The translations under genes were made by a program, and so were the position numbers. A stretch of DNA of 64,000 bases, taken from NCBI GenBank assembly GCA_963792415.1, contig CAWBVY010000001.1, forward strand, positions 62,025 to 126,024, in the 5' to 3' direction. The first letter of the stretch is position 1, and every line of letters begins with the position of its first letter. The DNA comes from Candidatus Deferrimicrobiaceae bacterium (GTDB lineage Bacteria > Desulfobacterota > Deferrimicrobia > Deferrimicrobiales > Deferrimicrobiaceae). This document shows, piece by piece, positions 38,973 through 46,927 of the stretch. Below the pieces are notes generated by a model. The model was not told where the DNA came from and ran no database searches. It was given only the letters and a program-made list of their open reading frames with translations.

Positions 38973-40009
38973 GCCTCCCCGCGACCCTCTCTCCTCCACG
39001 GAAGGCGGTCATTCTCCTCTCGGGGGGGCTCGACAGCACCCTGGCGGCCCGCATCGTCCGGGACCAGGGGATCGAGCTTCACGCGATCCATTTCACCTCG
39101 CCGTTCTGCACCTGCTCCCACAAGGGCCCGGGGAACGGGAACGGGTGCCGCTCGGCGGCGCAGGAGGTCGCGGTGGGGATGGGGATCCCGATCCGGACCG
39201 TTTCGAAGGGCGAGGAGTACCTCGAGATCGTCAAGCGCCCCCGGCACGGCCGGGGGTCGGCGATGAACCCGTGCATCGACTGCCGGATCTTCACCCTGCG
39301 GAAGGCGAAGGCGTTCATGGAGGAGATCGGCGCCTCCTTCCTGGTCACCGGGGAGGTCGTCGGGCAGCGGCCGATGTCCCAGCGGGACGACGCGCTGCGC
39401 GGCATCGAGAAGCACAGCGGATGCGCGGGGATCATCCTGCGCCCGCTTTCCGCCCACCACCTCCCCCCCTCGCTGCCGGAGCGGGAAGGCTGGGTGGACC
39501 GGGAGAAACTGCTCGCGATCACGGGGCGCTCCCGCAAGGAGCAGATCCGGCTCGCGGAGGAGTTCGGAATCGGCGACTACCCGTGCCCCGCGGGGGGATG
39601 CATGTTGACCGACCGGACCTTCTCCCTCAAGGTGCGGGATCTCCTCGACCACCACCCTTCCTTCGGGATGCACGAAGTCCTCCTCCTGAAGGCGGGCCGC
39701 CATTTCCGCGTTCGGGGGATCCGGGCGATCGTGGCGAAAAGCGAGGGGGAGAACCGCCGGCTCGAGGCCCTCTGCCGGGGGAGGGACACCGTCTACGTGG
39801 CGCACAGCCACCCGGGCCCGTCCGTGACGCTCCTGGGCGGAAGCGAGGAGGAACGCCTCGATCTGCTCTCCCGGATCTTCACCCGGTACGGCAAGGCTGG
39901 GTCGGTCGGTTCCTACGAAATCCGGGAGATCGCGCCCGGCGGGGAGCGACTCGTGACCGTGCCCGAAAACCCGGACTTCGAGGAGGTCGGGCGTGGACTC
40001 CTCTGCTGA
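38969..40009 (+). CDS. PP-loop ATP pyrophosphatase, ThiI-like adenylation domain, without THUMP or rhodanese domains; it has CxxC and CPxxxC motifs plus an uncharacterized C-terminal domain of about 120 aa.
   Basis: SGGLDS PP-loop. …NPCIDCRIFTLRKAKAFMEEIGASFLVTGEVVGQRPMSQ…ILRPL…DYPC… is colinear with the ThiI PP-loop domain. ATGA overlap with the E1 gene stop. Confidence 0.65.
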   Translation: MSLPATLSPPRKAVILLSGGLDSTLAARIVRDQGIELHAIHFTSPFCTCSHKGPGNGNGCRSAAQEVAVGMGIPIRTVSKGEEYLEIVKRPRHGRGSAMNPCIDCRIFTLRKAKAFMEEIGASFLVTGEVVGQRPMSQRDDALRGIEKHSGCAGIILRPLSAHHLPPSLPEREGWVDREKLLAITGRSRKEQIRLAEEFGIGDYPCPAGGCMLTDRTFSLKVRDLLDHHPSFGMHEVLLLKAGRHFRVRGIRAIVAKSEGENRRLEALCRGRDTVYVAHSHPGPSVTLLGGSEEERLDLLSRIFTRYGKAGSVGSYEIREIAPGGERLVTVPENPDFEEVGRGLLC

Positions 40010-40880
40010 CAAACGGAACGGCGCCCCGACGCCGGACGACCTTCGCCGCTACGAGGCGTTGCTCGAGGAGCTCCGCCGGATGGGGTCGGCCGTCGTCGCC
40101 TTCAGCGGCGGGGTGGACAGTTCGTTCCTGCTGCACGCAGCGAAGGCGGCGATGGGAGACCGGGTCCTGGCCGTCACCGCGACGTCGCCGACGTACCCCC
40201 GCTCCGAGCGGGAGGAGGCTTCGCGGCTCGCCCGCTCGTGGGGCGTGGCGCACCGTCTCGTCGAGTCGAACGAGCTGGAGATCCCCGGCTTCTCCGCGAA
40301 CCCTCCGGACCGGTGCTACCACTGCAAAAAGGAGCTGTTCGGGATCCTCGCCGGGATCGCCCGCGAAGAGGGGTACGCGGCCGTGTGCGACGGATCGAAC
40401 GCCGACGACCGGCACGACTTCCGGCCGGGGCGCCGCGCCGCGAAGGAGCTCGCCGTCCGCAGCCCGCTGCTCGAGAACGGACTGGGCAAGCCGGCGATCC
40501 GCCGCCTGAGCCGGAGCTTCGGTCTCCCCACGGCGGACCGCGGTTCGTTCGCGTGCCTCTCCTCGCGCTTCCCGTACGGAACGACGATCGACGAGGAGTC
40601 GCTGCGACGCGTGGAGGCGTGCGAGGAGGTGCTGCGGGGGTTCGGATTCCGGCAGTTCCGGGTGCGCGTCCACGGCGCGGTGGCGCGCATCGAAGTGGGG
40701 ACGGACGAGATCCCGCGCCTCTTCGAGCCGGAGATCTCCGGGGCGATCCACGATCGGTTCCGGGAGAACGGCTTTCTCTACGTCTCCGTGGACATCCGGG
40801 GGTACCGCACGGGTTCGATGAACGAGGGGCTGCCGGCATCGACCCTGGGACTCGTCGCAGGACCGCCCGAAGATCTGTAG
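39993..40880 (+). CDS. LarE-family PP-loop ATPase (TIGR00268 sulfur insertase), three-Cys [4Fe-4S]-type
   Basis: FSGGVDSS PP-loop. …ACLSSRFPYGTT…FRVRVHGAVARIEVG… matches LarE. The Cys in CYHCK plus ACLSSR indicate the Fe-S-dependent, non-sacrificial class. GTG start with a GAGGAGG RBS. Confidence 0.8.
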   Translation: MDSSADKRNGAPTPDDLRRYEALLEELRRMGSAVVAFSGGVDSSFLLHAAKAAMGDRVLAVTATSPTYPRSEREEASRLARSWGVAHRLVESNELEIPGFSANPPDRCYHCKKELFGILAGIAREEGYAAVCDGSNADDRHDFRPGRRAAKELAVRSPLLENGLGKPAIRRLSRSFGLPTADRGSFACLSSRFPYGTTIDEESLRRVEACEEVLRGFGFRQFRVRVHGAVARIEVGTDEIPRLFEPEISGAIHDRFRENGFLYVSVDIRGYRTGSMNEGLPASTLGLVAGPPEDL

Positions 40881-40892
40881 GTGAGGCTCCAT

Positions 40893-41002
40893 CGCCTCGG
40901 AGGGCGGGGCTCCGTTCGTGGCTCGCCGTGCGATGAACCCGCACGGCTGCGCTTTACCTCACTACGCCCCCCCTCCTGCGGCGACTCCGCCGGACCTCCC
41001 GT
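40893..41002. repeat. Intergenic structured repeat, module 1, copy B (110 bp), immediately after the LarE-like stop.
   Basis: See copy A at 8929-9038. Confidence 0.8.
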
Positions 41003-41020
41003 AACGGGACACTTAGTGCG

Positions 41021-41090
41021 GCGGCGCACCCCACTCACCTACGAAATGCGCTCCCTGGGGTACCCCCGCCGTAGGAAGAACGGGGGGTAC
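41021..41090. repeat. Repeat module 2, copy B, in inverted orientation relative to copy A; overlaps the last about 18 codons of mogA.
   Basis: Reverse complement matches 9067-9138. It contributes the aberrant MogA tail …GGDCTPRSSYGGGTPGSAFRR. Confidence 0.75.
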
Positions 41091-41568
41091 AGTCGCCGCC
41101 TTCGCCGCGGATCTTTTCGATCGCGTGGGGGAGGGCGGGAAGAAGAACCGCCAGGTTCTCCGTGGCGCCGCCGGGGCTCCCCGGCAGGTTGACGATCAGC
41201 GTCTTCCCGCGGATGCCGACCACGGCGCGGGACAGCATCGCCGCGGGTACCCGCTTGAGGCTTTCCGCCCGCATCGCCTCCGCCATCCCGGGTACTTCCC
41301 GGTCCAGGATCTCCCGGGTGGCGTCCGGCGTGACGTCGCGCGGGTCGACCCCCGTTCCCCCGGTAGTCACGACCAGGTCGAGCTCGAGCGCGTCGCAGAA
41401 GTGGAGAAGGGCGCGGCGGATGAAGGAAACCTCGTCGGGGATCACCACCTGCTGCGCGATCTCCGCGGGAAGCGACCGGAGCATCTCCGCCACGGCGGGA
41501 CCGGAAGCGTCGGGACGCTCCTTCCGGAACGACCGGTCGGACATGGTGATCACGGCGGCGCGGAACAC
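41035..41568 (-). CDS. mogA: Molybdopterin adenylyltransferase MogA/MoaB family
   Basis: 177 aa with …AAVITMSDRS… and the TTGGTG motif. GTG start with a GAGGGG RBS. The C-terminal about 18 aa are encoded by the repeat element. Confidence 0.85.
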   Translation of the reverse strand: MFRAAVITMSDRSFRKERPDASGPAVAEMLRSLPAEIAQQVVIPDEVSFIRRALLHFCDALELDLVVTTGGTGVDPRDVTPDATREILDREVPGMAEAMRAESLKRVPAAMLSRAVVGIRGKTLIVNLPGSPGGATENLAVLLPALPHAIEKIRGEGGDCTPRSSYGGGTPGSAFRR

Positions 41569-41578
41569 GCGGCGCCCC

Positions 41579-43018
41579 TCAGTTCTTCAGGATGTTCGAC
41601 TTGAAGATCAGCTTCTCGTGGTCGTCGCCGTCTTCCGGGAACGAGGCGTGGCCGAACCGCACCTCGACGCGCGCGTCCCTGGCGCGGCGGCGGATCTCCT
41701 CGGCCTCGGCGGCGATCGCCTTCTTGATGCGCGGGATCGCGCTGATCTTGCCGTCCTCCGCCTCGGGAAGGATCATCCCGAACTTCGCCTCGCTGATCCG
41801 GGCCACGATGTCGTACTCGCGAAGGGTGGCGCGGATCGCCTTCGCCACCTGCTTCATCACCCAGTCCGCGCGACCGGCGCGGGAACGCGATCCCGCAGGC
41901 ACGTGCGCCTGGATCTCGCAGATCATCAGGACGAGTCGCCGCTGGAACCGCTTCGCCCGGCTGATCTCGTGCAGCAGGCGCTCCTGGAAATACTTGAGGG
42001 TGGGCAGCGAGGTCGTCTCGTCGAGGTTCCTCAGCCGGTCGTTCCGCTCGTAGGCGATCGCGTTCGCGACCGCCTTCTCGACGTACTTCAGGAATTTTCC
42101 GAACGTCGCGAGGTCCTCGGGGGTGAACGAGGAGGGGAAGAACGTCTTGTGGGGAAACTTGTCGAAGATCGTGGCGGTCCCGAGAATCTCCCCGTCACCC
42201 TGGAGCGGAATGCACGCGAGCGTCCGGGCGACCCCGGAGAATTCCTGCCAGCCGGGCTCCTGCGAGGCGTCGCGCACGAGCACGGACGGCTCCCCCTTGA
42301 GGACGGCGGTAACCGCCTTCTTGTCCATGAGGAAGAGGTCCTTCTGCTCCCCTTCCGTCTTCATCCCGTAGTACTCGCGAATCCCGTACTTCCCGGTTTC
42401 CGGGTCGAGCAGGCGGATGACGCACGTCTCGGCCTCGAGGATGAGGCAGGCGGAGGTGGCCACCAGCTTGAGAAGCCTGGTCAGGTCGAGCGTCGAGATG
42501 ATGTTGATCCCCGCCTCGTTGATCGCGGCGATCTTCGTCATCCGGAGGGCGGCGGACTCCTCCCGCAGGGACACCCCCACCGCGTCCGAGAGGAGGACGG
42601 CGGCGTCGGTGACCACCGACAGTTTCTCCTCGGGGAACTCCCCCTCGGAGACCGTCTGCACGACGAGCACCCCGTTGGGCTCCCCGGAGGAGAGGAGCGG
42701 GAACATCAGGACCGTCCCCCGCTTGCGGCTGTTCTCCGGCCTTTTCCCTTCGGAGAGGATGATGGGACGGTGCTCGGCGAGGCTGAGTTCCTCGAGCGTG
42801 CCTTCCGCCGGGAAGTGGAATTCCGGGGCGCCCGGCGTCGCGCGGCGGGTGCTGGTGCGAACGTAGAAGTCCTCGCTGTCGCGATCGAACAGGAGGACGG
42901 AGACGGTGCCCCCGCCGAGCCAGGCGGACAGCTCTCCGGAAAATTCCCGCAGACGTTCCTCGATCGGCTTCGCCGAGCGGAGGATCTCCCCGGCCTTTCT
43001 CGTGAAATCGTCGGGCAC
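41579..43018 (-). CDS. GAF-domain protein with a C-terminal degenerate GGDEF domain (no GGDEF motif; probable c-di-GMP-related regulator rather than a cyclase)
   Basis: 479 aa. Tandem GAF-like regions, then a GGDEF-fold with RISEAKFGMIL in place of RxGGDEF. Confidence 0.7.
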   Translation of the reverse strand: MPDDFTRKAGEILRSAKPIEERLREFSGELSAWLGGGTVSVLLFDRDSEDFYVRTSTRRATPGAPEFHFPAEGTLEELSLAEHRPIILSEGKRPENSRKRGTVLMFPLLSSGEPNGVLVVQTVSEGEFPEEKLSVVTDAAVLLSDAVGVSLREESAALRMTKIAAINEAGINIISTLDLTRLLKLVATSACLILEAETCVIRLLDPETGKYGIREYYGMKTEGEQKDLFLMDKKAVTAVLKGEPSVLVRDASQEPGWQEFSGVARTLACIPLQGDGEILGTATIFDKFPHKTFFPSSFTPEDLATFGKFLKYVEKAVANAIAYERNDRLRNLDETTSLPTLKYFQERLLHEISRAKRFQRRLVLMICEIQAHVPAGSRSRAGRADWVMKQVAKAIRATLREYDIVARISEAKFGMILPEAEDGKISAIPRIKKAIAAEAEEIRRRARDARVEVRFGHASFPEDGDDHEKLIFKSNILKN

Positions 43019-43019
43019 G

Positions 43020-44135
43020 CTATTCCCCGTCCATCGTTACCCGGATCCGCAGCCGGACCGGGTTTCCCGCCGAGTCGAGGAACAGCGCCGGCAAAACGGC
43101 CTGCCCGCCGGGAGCGACGAAGGGCGTCTCGAACTTGAGAAAGGTGAGTCCCGATCCCTCGTCGTCGGCGGACACCGTGAAGGACGGCGGCGGGACAGGC
43201 TCGGCAACGGATGGCGGTGGAATTGGCGGTGGTGCAGGAGCTGCCGGCGGCGGTGGTGGCGGCGGTTCGGGCCCCTTTTCCGGGATCTCGACGTCGATCA
43301 CCGAAAGTTCCTCGAACTCCACGGCCGGTTTCGGCGCTTCCGAAGACCGGAGCGTGGTCGGCTGCAGGTCGACCTCGGCAACAACGGGGTCGGGCGACGC
43401 CGCGGGGGCGACCTCGCCGCCTTCCCGGATCTCCTCGACGTCGGAAATTTCCTCGAGGGGCTCGGCCTCCTGCGGGCCGAAGGTCTTCCCGATCCGCGCG
43501 TCGGCGAGTTCCCCCAAATCGTCGTGCGCCGCCATCTCCCCCGGCATCAAAAGGGTTTTCCTGAGGTGGGAGAAGACCATCCTGGAGATCCCCACCAGCG
43601 TCTCGGTCACCCCCTTGCCGGTGGGCGCGACCGCCTCGAATGTGGGAACGTGGAGGAAATTCAGCGCGGTGTCCAGTTCCGCAACGGGGGCGGCGTTCCG
43701 GAGGTCCCGCTTGTTGTACTGGAGGACGAACGGGAGTTCCTCGAGCTTCTTCCCGTAGGACGAGAGGTTGTCCATCAGGTTCTTCAGGCTCTCCATGTTG
43801 CTGTTGACCATCTCCCGCTGGGAGTCCGCGACGAACACGACCCCATCCACGCCCTGGAGCACCAGCCTCCGGGTGGCGTTGTAGAACACCTGCCCGGGCA
43901 CCGTGTAGAGATGGAAGCGGACCTTGAACCCCTTGATCTGCCCCAGCTCGATCGGGAGGAAGTCGAAAAAGAGGGTCCGGTCGGTCTCGGTGGGAAGGGA
44001 GATCAGGCGCCCCTTCTGCTCCGGGCGCAACATCTTGTGGACGATCTCGATATTGGTGGTCTTGCCGGAGAGGCCCGGGCCGTAATAGACGATCTTCGCG
44101 CTGAGCTCGCGGGTCGCGTAGTTGAAGAGGGCCAT
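43020..44135 (-). CDS. mglA: MglA-like Ras-family small GTPase with a 170-aa C-terminal extension (acidic linker, poly-Pro tract, small C-terminal domain)
   Basis: The N-terminal about 195 aa are nearly identical in pattern to MglA (KIVYYGPGLSGKTTN…LISLPTETDRTLFFDFLP…TVPGQVFY…QYNKRDL). It then continues in frame with …PEPPPPPPPAAPAPPPIPPP… and about 55 more residues. Confidence 0.85.
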   Translation of the reverse strand: MALFNYATRELSAKIVYYGPGLSGKTTNIEIVHKMLRPEQKGRLISLPTETDRTLFFDFLPIELGQIKGFKVRFHLYTVPGQVFYNATRRLVLQGVDGVVFVADSQREMVNSNMESLKNLMDNLSSYGKKLEELPFVLQYNKRDLRNAAPVAELDTALNFLHVPTFEAVAPTGKGVTETLVGISRMVFSHLRKTLLMPGEMAAHDDLGELADARIGKTFGPQEAEPLEEISDVEEIREGGEVAPAASPDPVVAEVDLQPTTLRSSEAPKPAVEFEELSVIDVEIPEKGPEPPPPPPPAAPAPPPIPPPSVAEPVPPPSFTVSADDEGSGLTFLKFETPFVAPGGQAVLPALFLDSAGNPVRLRIRVTMDGE

Positions 44136-44151
44136 CGGTTCCCCCGGATCG

Positions 44152-44628
44152 TTAGTGACGCTGCGCCAGCAGCCGTCTTGCCTCCTGCCGCACCACGGCC
44201 GAAAGGCTGCGGTTTTGCGACAGGACCTTCAACTCGCTGGTCTGGTACGACTTCAGGAACCGGATCGCGGCCGGCGGCGGGGTCCTCGGGTTCTGGACCA
44301 GCGCGCTGATTACCAGCCGGTTCGCCGTCCATTGCCGGCCTTCGGCGATGAACCGGAGCACATCCTCGTGGGTCAGGGAGGATGCCGCGTAGGAGATGAT
44401 ATCGTCCTCCGTCACTTTCGGGCTTCCGATCACCGCGCGGGCCACCATGCTGCTCGCGTCCCGCGACAGGATCCGGCGGACCTCCCGGTTCCCCTTGACC
44501 GCGAGCTCCACCTTCTCGGGCACGGAGAGCCGGGCGACCTGCGAGGCGATGGAACTGCGCTCCTCCTCGCCGATCTGCCGCTCCTCCGTCAGGTTCGGTC
44601 CGGCCTGCGCGACTCCGGGACCTTTCAC
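44152..44628 (-). CDS. Hypothetical alpha-helical (HEAT-like repeat?) protein, 158 aa
   Basis: Non-biased sequence (…LSVPEKVELAVKGNREVRRILSRD…EDVLRFIAEGRQW…ISALVQNPRTPPPAAIRFL…) hidden inside an R-rich 737-aa table ORF. GTG start overlapping the EF-G paralog stop (GTGA), preceded by a purine-rich RBS. Confidence 0.5.
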   Translation of the reverse strand: MKGPGVAQAGPNLTEERQIGEEERSSIASQVARLSVPEKVELAVKGNREVRRILSRDASSMVARAVIGSPKVTEDDIISYAASSLTHEDVLRFIAEGRQWTANRLVISALVQNPRTPPPAAIRFLKSYQTSELKVLSQNRSLSAVVRQEARRLLAQRH

Positions 44629-46709
44629 TCCTCCTCCTCTTCCCCCATCTCCTTCTTCGACTCGGCGATCACCTTCTCCGCGATGACGGCCGGGGTCTCC
44701 TCGTAGTGTGACACCTTCATCGTAAATTGTCCGCGCCCCGAGGTGATCGAACGGAGATCGGACGAATAGCGGAGGACCTCCGCCAACGGCACCTGGCACC
44801 GGACGATCTGGCTCTTCCCGAGGGCGTCCACCCCAAGGACCCGTCCGCGGCGCCCGTTGAGATCCCCGATGATGTCCCCGACGTTCTCCTCCGGGATGAC
44901 GACCTCCATCTCCGCGATCGGCTCGAGAAGGACCGGCTTGGCGGCCAGCGCCGCTTTCTTGAAGGCGAGGGACCCGGCGATCTTGAACGCCATCTCGGAG
45001 GAATCGACGTTGTGGAACGAGCCGTCGAAGACGGTGGCCTTCACGTCCACCACCGGGTATCCCGCGATGACCCCCTTGCCCATCCGCTCCACGATCCCCT
45101 TTTCCACCGCCGGGATGTATTGGCGCGGGATCGACCCGCCCACGATCCCGTCCACGTACTCGAACCCCTTCCCGCGCGGCTGCGGCTCGAGGCGGATCCA
45201 GCAGTCGCCGTACTGCCCGCGGCCGCCGGTCTGCTTCTTGTGCTTCCCCTGGGCTTCGGCCTTCCCCTTGAGCGTCTCGAGGTAGGCGATCTTCTGCGTG
45301 CGCAGCTCCACCTCGACGCCGTACACGCGCTTCAGCTTCTCGACGGCCACCTCGACGTGGGTCTCCCCCATCCCCGCGAGGATGAATTCGTTCGTCTGGG
45401 GATCCTTGCGGAAACGGAGGGTCGGGTCCTCCTCGATCATCCGGGAGAGGGAGCTTCCCAGCTTGTCCTCGTCGTTGCGCGTCTTCGGACGGACGGCGAA
45501 GGAGATGACCGCCTCCAGGGGGGACGGCCGCTCGAAGACGATCGGGGCCTTCGGATCGCACAGGGTGTCTCCCGTGGAAGTCTCCTTGAATTTCGCCACC
45601 GCGACGATCTCCCCCGCGGAGGCCGACCCGAGCCCCTTCTGCTTCTTCCCCTCCAGCCGCAGAATCTGCCCGATCCGCTCCACCGCGTCCTTGCTCGAAT
45701 TCAGCGGGGACATGTCCGGCGTGAGCGTGCCGGAGAAGATCTTGAAGATGGAGAGCTTCCCCGCGTACGCGTCCGCCAGCGTCTTGAAGACCTGGCCGGA
45801 GAACGGCGCGTTCACGGAGATGGGCCGGTTCTCGGCGGCCTTCTTCTTCGGGTTGGTCCCCTCGACCTCTCCCCGGTACGAGGGATCCGGAAGGGCGAAG
45901 TTGACGAGGTCGAGCACCGGCTGGATCGCGATGTTGCGCAACGCGGAGCCGTAAAGGACCGGGAGGAACCGCATCGCCCGCACCCCCGCGCGGAAACCGG
46001 CCCGGATCTCCTCGTCCGTGAGGGCGGTCCCCTCGAGGAACTTCTCGATCAGCGCGTCGTCGGACTCGGCGCACGATTCGACGAGCTTCTCCCGGGCGCT
46101 CGAGGCATCGGCGGCCAGGTCGGCGGGGATCTCCTGGAGGGTGAACTCGCCGGTGTCGCCCTTGTACACCATCGCCTTCATCCGGAACAGGTCGACCACG
46201 CCGCGGAACCCGGCCTCCTTCCCGAGCGGCAGCTGCACGGGCACCGCGGGCACCTTCAGGATGTCGGCGATCTCCTCGACCGCCTTCGCGGGGTCGGCGC
46301 GCTCCCGGTCCATCCTCGAAATGAAGGCGATCACCGGGACGTCCGCCGCCCGCGCCAGGTTCCACATCTTCTCGGTCTGGACCTCCACGCCGGAGACGGC
46401 GTTCACGACGAGGATCGCGCCGTCCAGCACCTTGAGGCAGGACCGGGTGTCCGCCTCGAAGTTGATGTAGCCGGGGGTGTCGGCGAGGGTGACCTCGACC
46501 TTGTCCCAGGCGTAGTGATGGAAGGAGGTGCTGATCGTGATCTTCCGCCGGATCTCCTCCGGGTCGTAGTCGAAGTTGGAGCTCCCGTCGTCCACCTTGC
46601 CCATCCTGTCCGTCGCCTTCGCGTTGAACAGAAGGGCCTCCGCCAGCGTCGTCTTTCCCGCTCCTCCGTGCGCGATGATGCCGACGTTCCGGATCTGCTG
46701 GATATCCAC
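44625..46709 (-). CDS. Elongation factor G family translational GTPase (EF-G paralog)
   Basis: 694 aa with G1 AHGGAGKTT, DTPG, NKMD and EF-G domains II-V. Divergent from canonical fusA (AHGGAGKTT rather than AHIDAGKTT). GTG start with a TAGGAGG RBS. Confidence 0.85.
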   Translation of the reverse strand: MDIQQIRNVGIIAHGGAGKTTLAEALLFNAKATDRMGKVDDGSSNFDYDPEEIRRKITISTSFHHYAWDKVEVTLADTPGYINFEADTRSCLKVLDGAILVVNAVSGVEVQTEKMWNLARAADVPVIAFISRMDRERADPAKAVEEIADILKVPAVPVQLPLGKEAGFRGVVDLFRMKAMVYKGDTGEFTLQEIPADLAADASSAREKLVESCAESDDALIEKFLEGTALTDEEIRAGFRAGVRAMRFLPVLYGSALRNIAIQPVLDLVNFALPDPSYRGEVEGTNPKKKAAENRPISVNAPFSGQVFKTLADAYAGKLSIFKIFSGTLTPDMSPLNSSKDAVERIGQILRLEGKKQKGLGSASAGEIVAVAKFKETSTGDTLCDPKAPIVFERPSPLEAVISFAVRPKTRNDEDKLGSSLSRMIEEDPTLRFRKDPQTNEFILAGMGETHVEVAVEKLKRVYGVEVELRTQKIAYLETLKGKAEAQGKHKKQTGGRGQYGDCWIRLEPQPRGKGFEYVDGIVGGSIPRQYIPAVEKGIVERMGKGVIAGYPVVDVKATVFDGSFHNVDSSEMAFKIAGSLAFKKAALAAKPVLLEPIAEMEVVIPEENVGDIIGDLNGRRGRVLGVDALGKSQIVRCQVPLAEVLRYSSDLRSITSGRGQFTMKVSHYEETPAVIAEKVIAESKKEMGEEEEE

Positions 46710-46749
46710 TCTGACCGTCCTCCTAAAGGGCGTATGTTCCGCGGACTAA

Positions 46750-46913
46750 GTGTTGCGTTTCATAAATTCGGTTGCATTCGAGGCCCGCTGCATCCGCCCC
46801 GGCTTCGTTGCGCTCCCTCACCGTACTTGCCCAGTACGCCTCGGTCGCGACGCCTTGCCGGATGCGGCGCATCGACCCTCTCGGTGCGACACCGTATTTA
46901 TGAAACGCAACAC
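46750..46913. repeat. 164-bp imperfect palindromic element with 22-bp terminal inverted repeats (21/22 matching; 17 outermost bp perfect).
   Basis: GTGTTGCGTTTCATAAATTCGG … CCGTATTTATGAAACGCAACAC. The interior is partly self-complementary (GCATCCG/CGGATGC and others). It lies between the coaX 3' end and the EF-G paralog start. Confidence 0.7.
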
Positions 46914-46927
46914 TTCGCTCCCACGGG

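Noticed and set aside
43211-43758. Pro/Ala-rich repeats (PPPPPPPAAPAPPPIPPP) and GC-rich direct repetition in the mglA 3' region; considered as a possible tandem repeat or CRISPR-like array.
   Set aside because: It is in-frame coding low complexity within mglA, with no repeat-spacer periodicity. No CRISPR arrays anywhere in the window.
44629-46365. Upstream roughly 580 aa of the 737-aa minus-strand ORF at 44152-46365.
   Set aside because: R/G-rich alternative frame of the EF-G paralog. Only the last 158 codons (44152-44628) look protein-like and are called separately.
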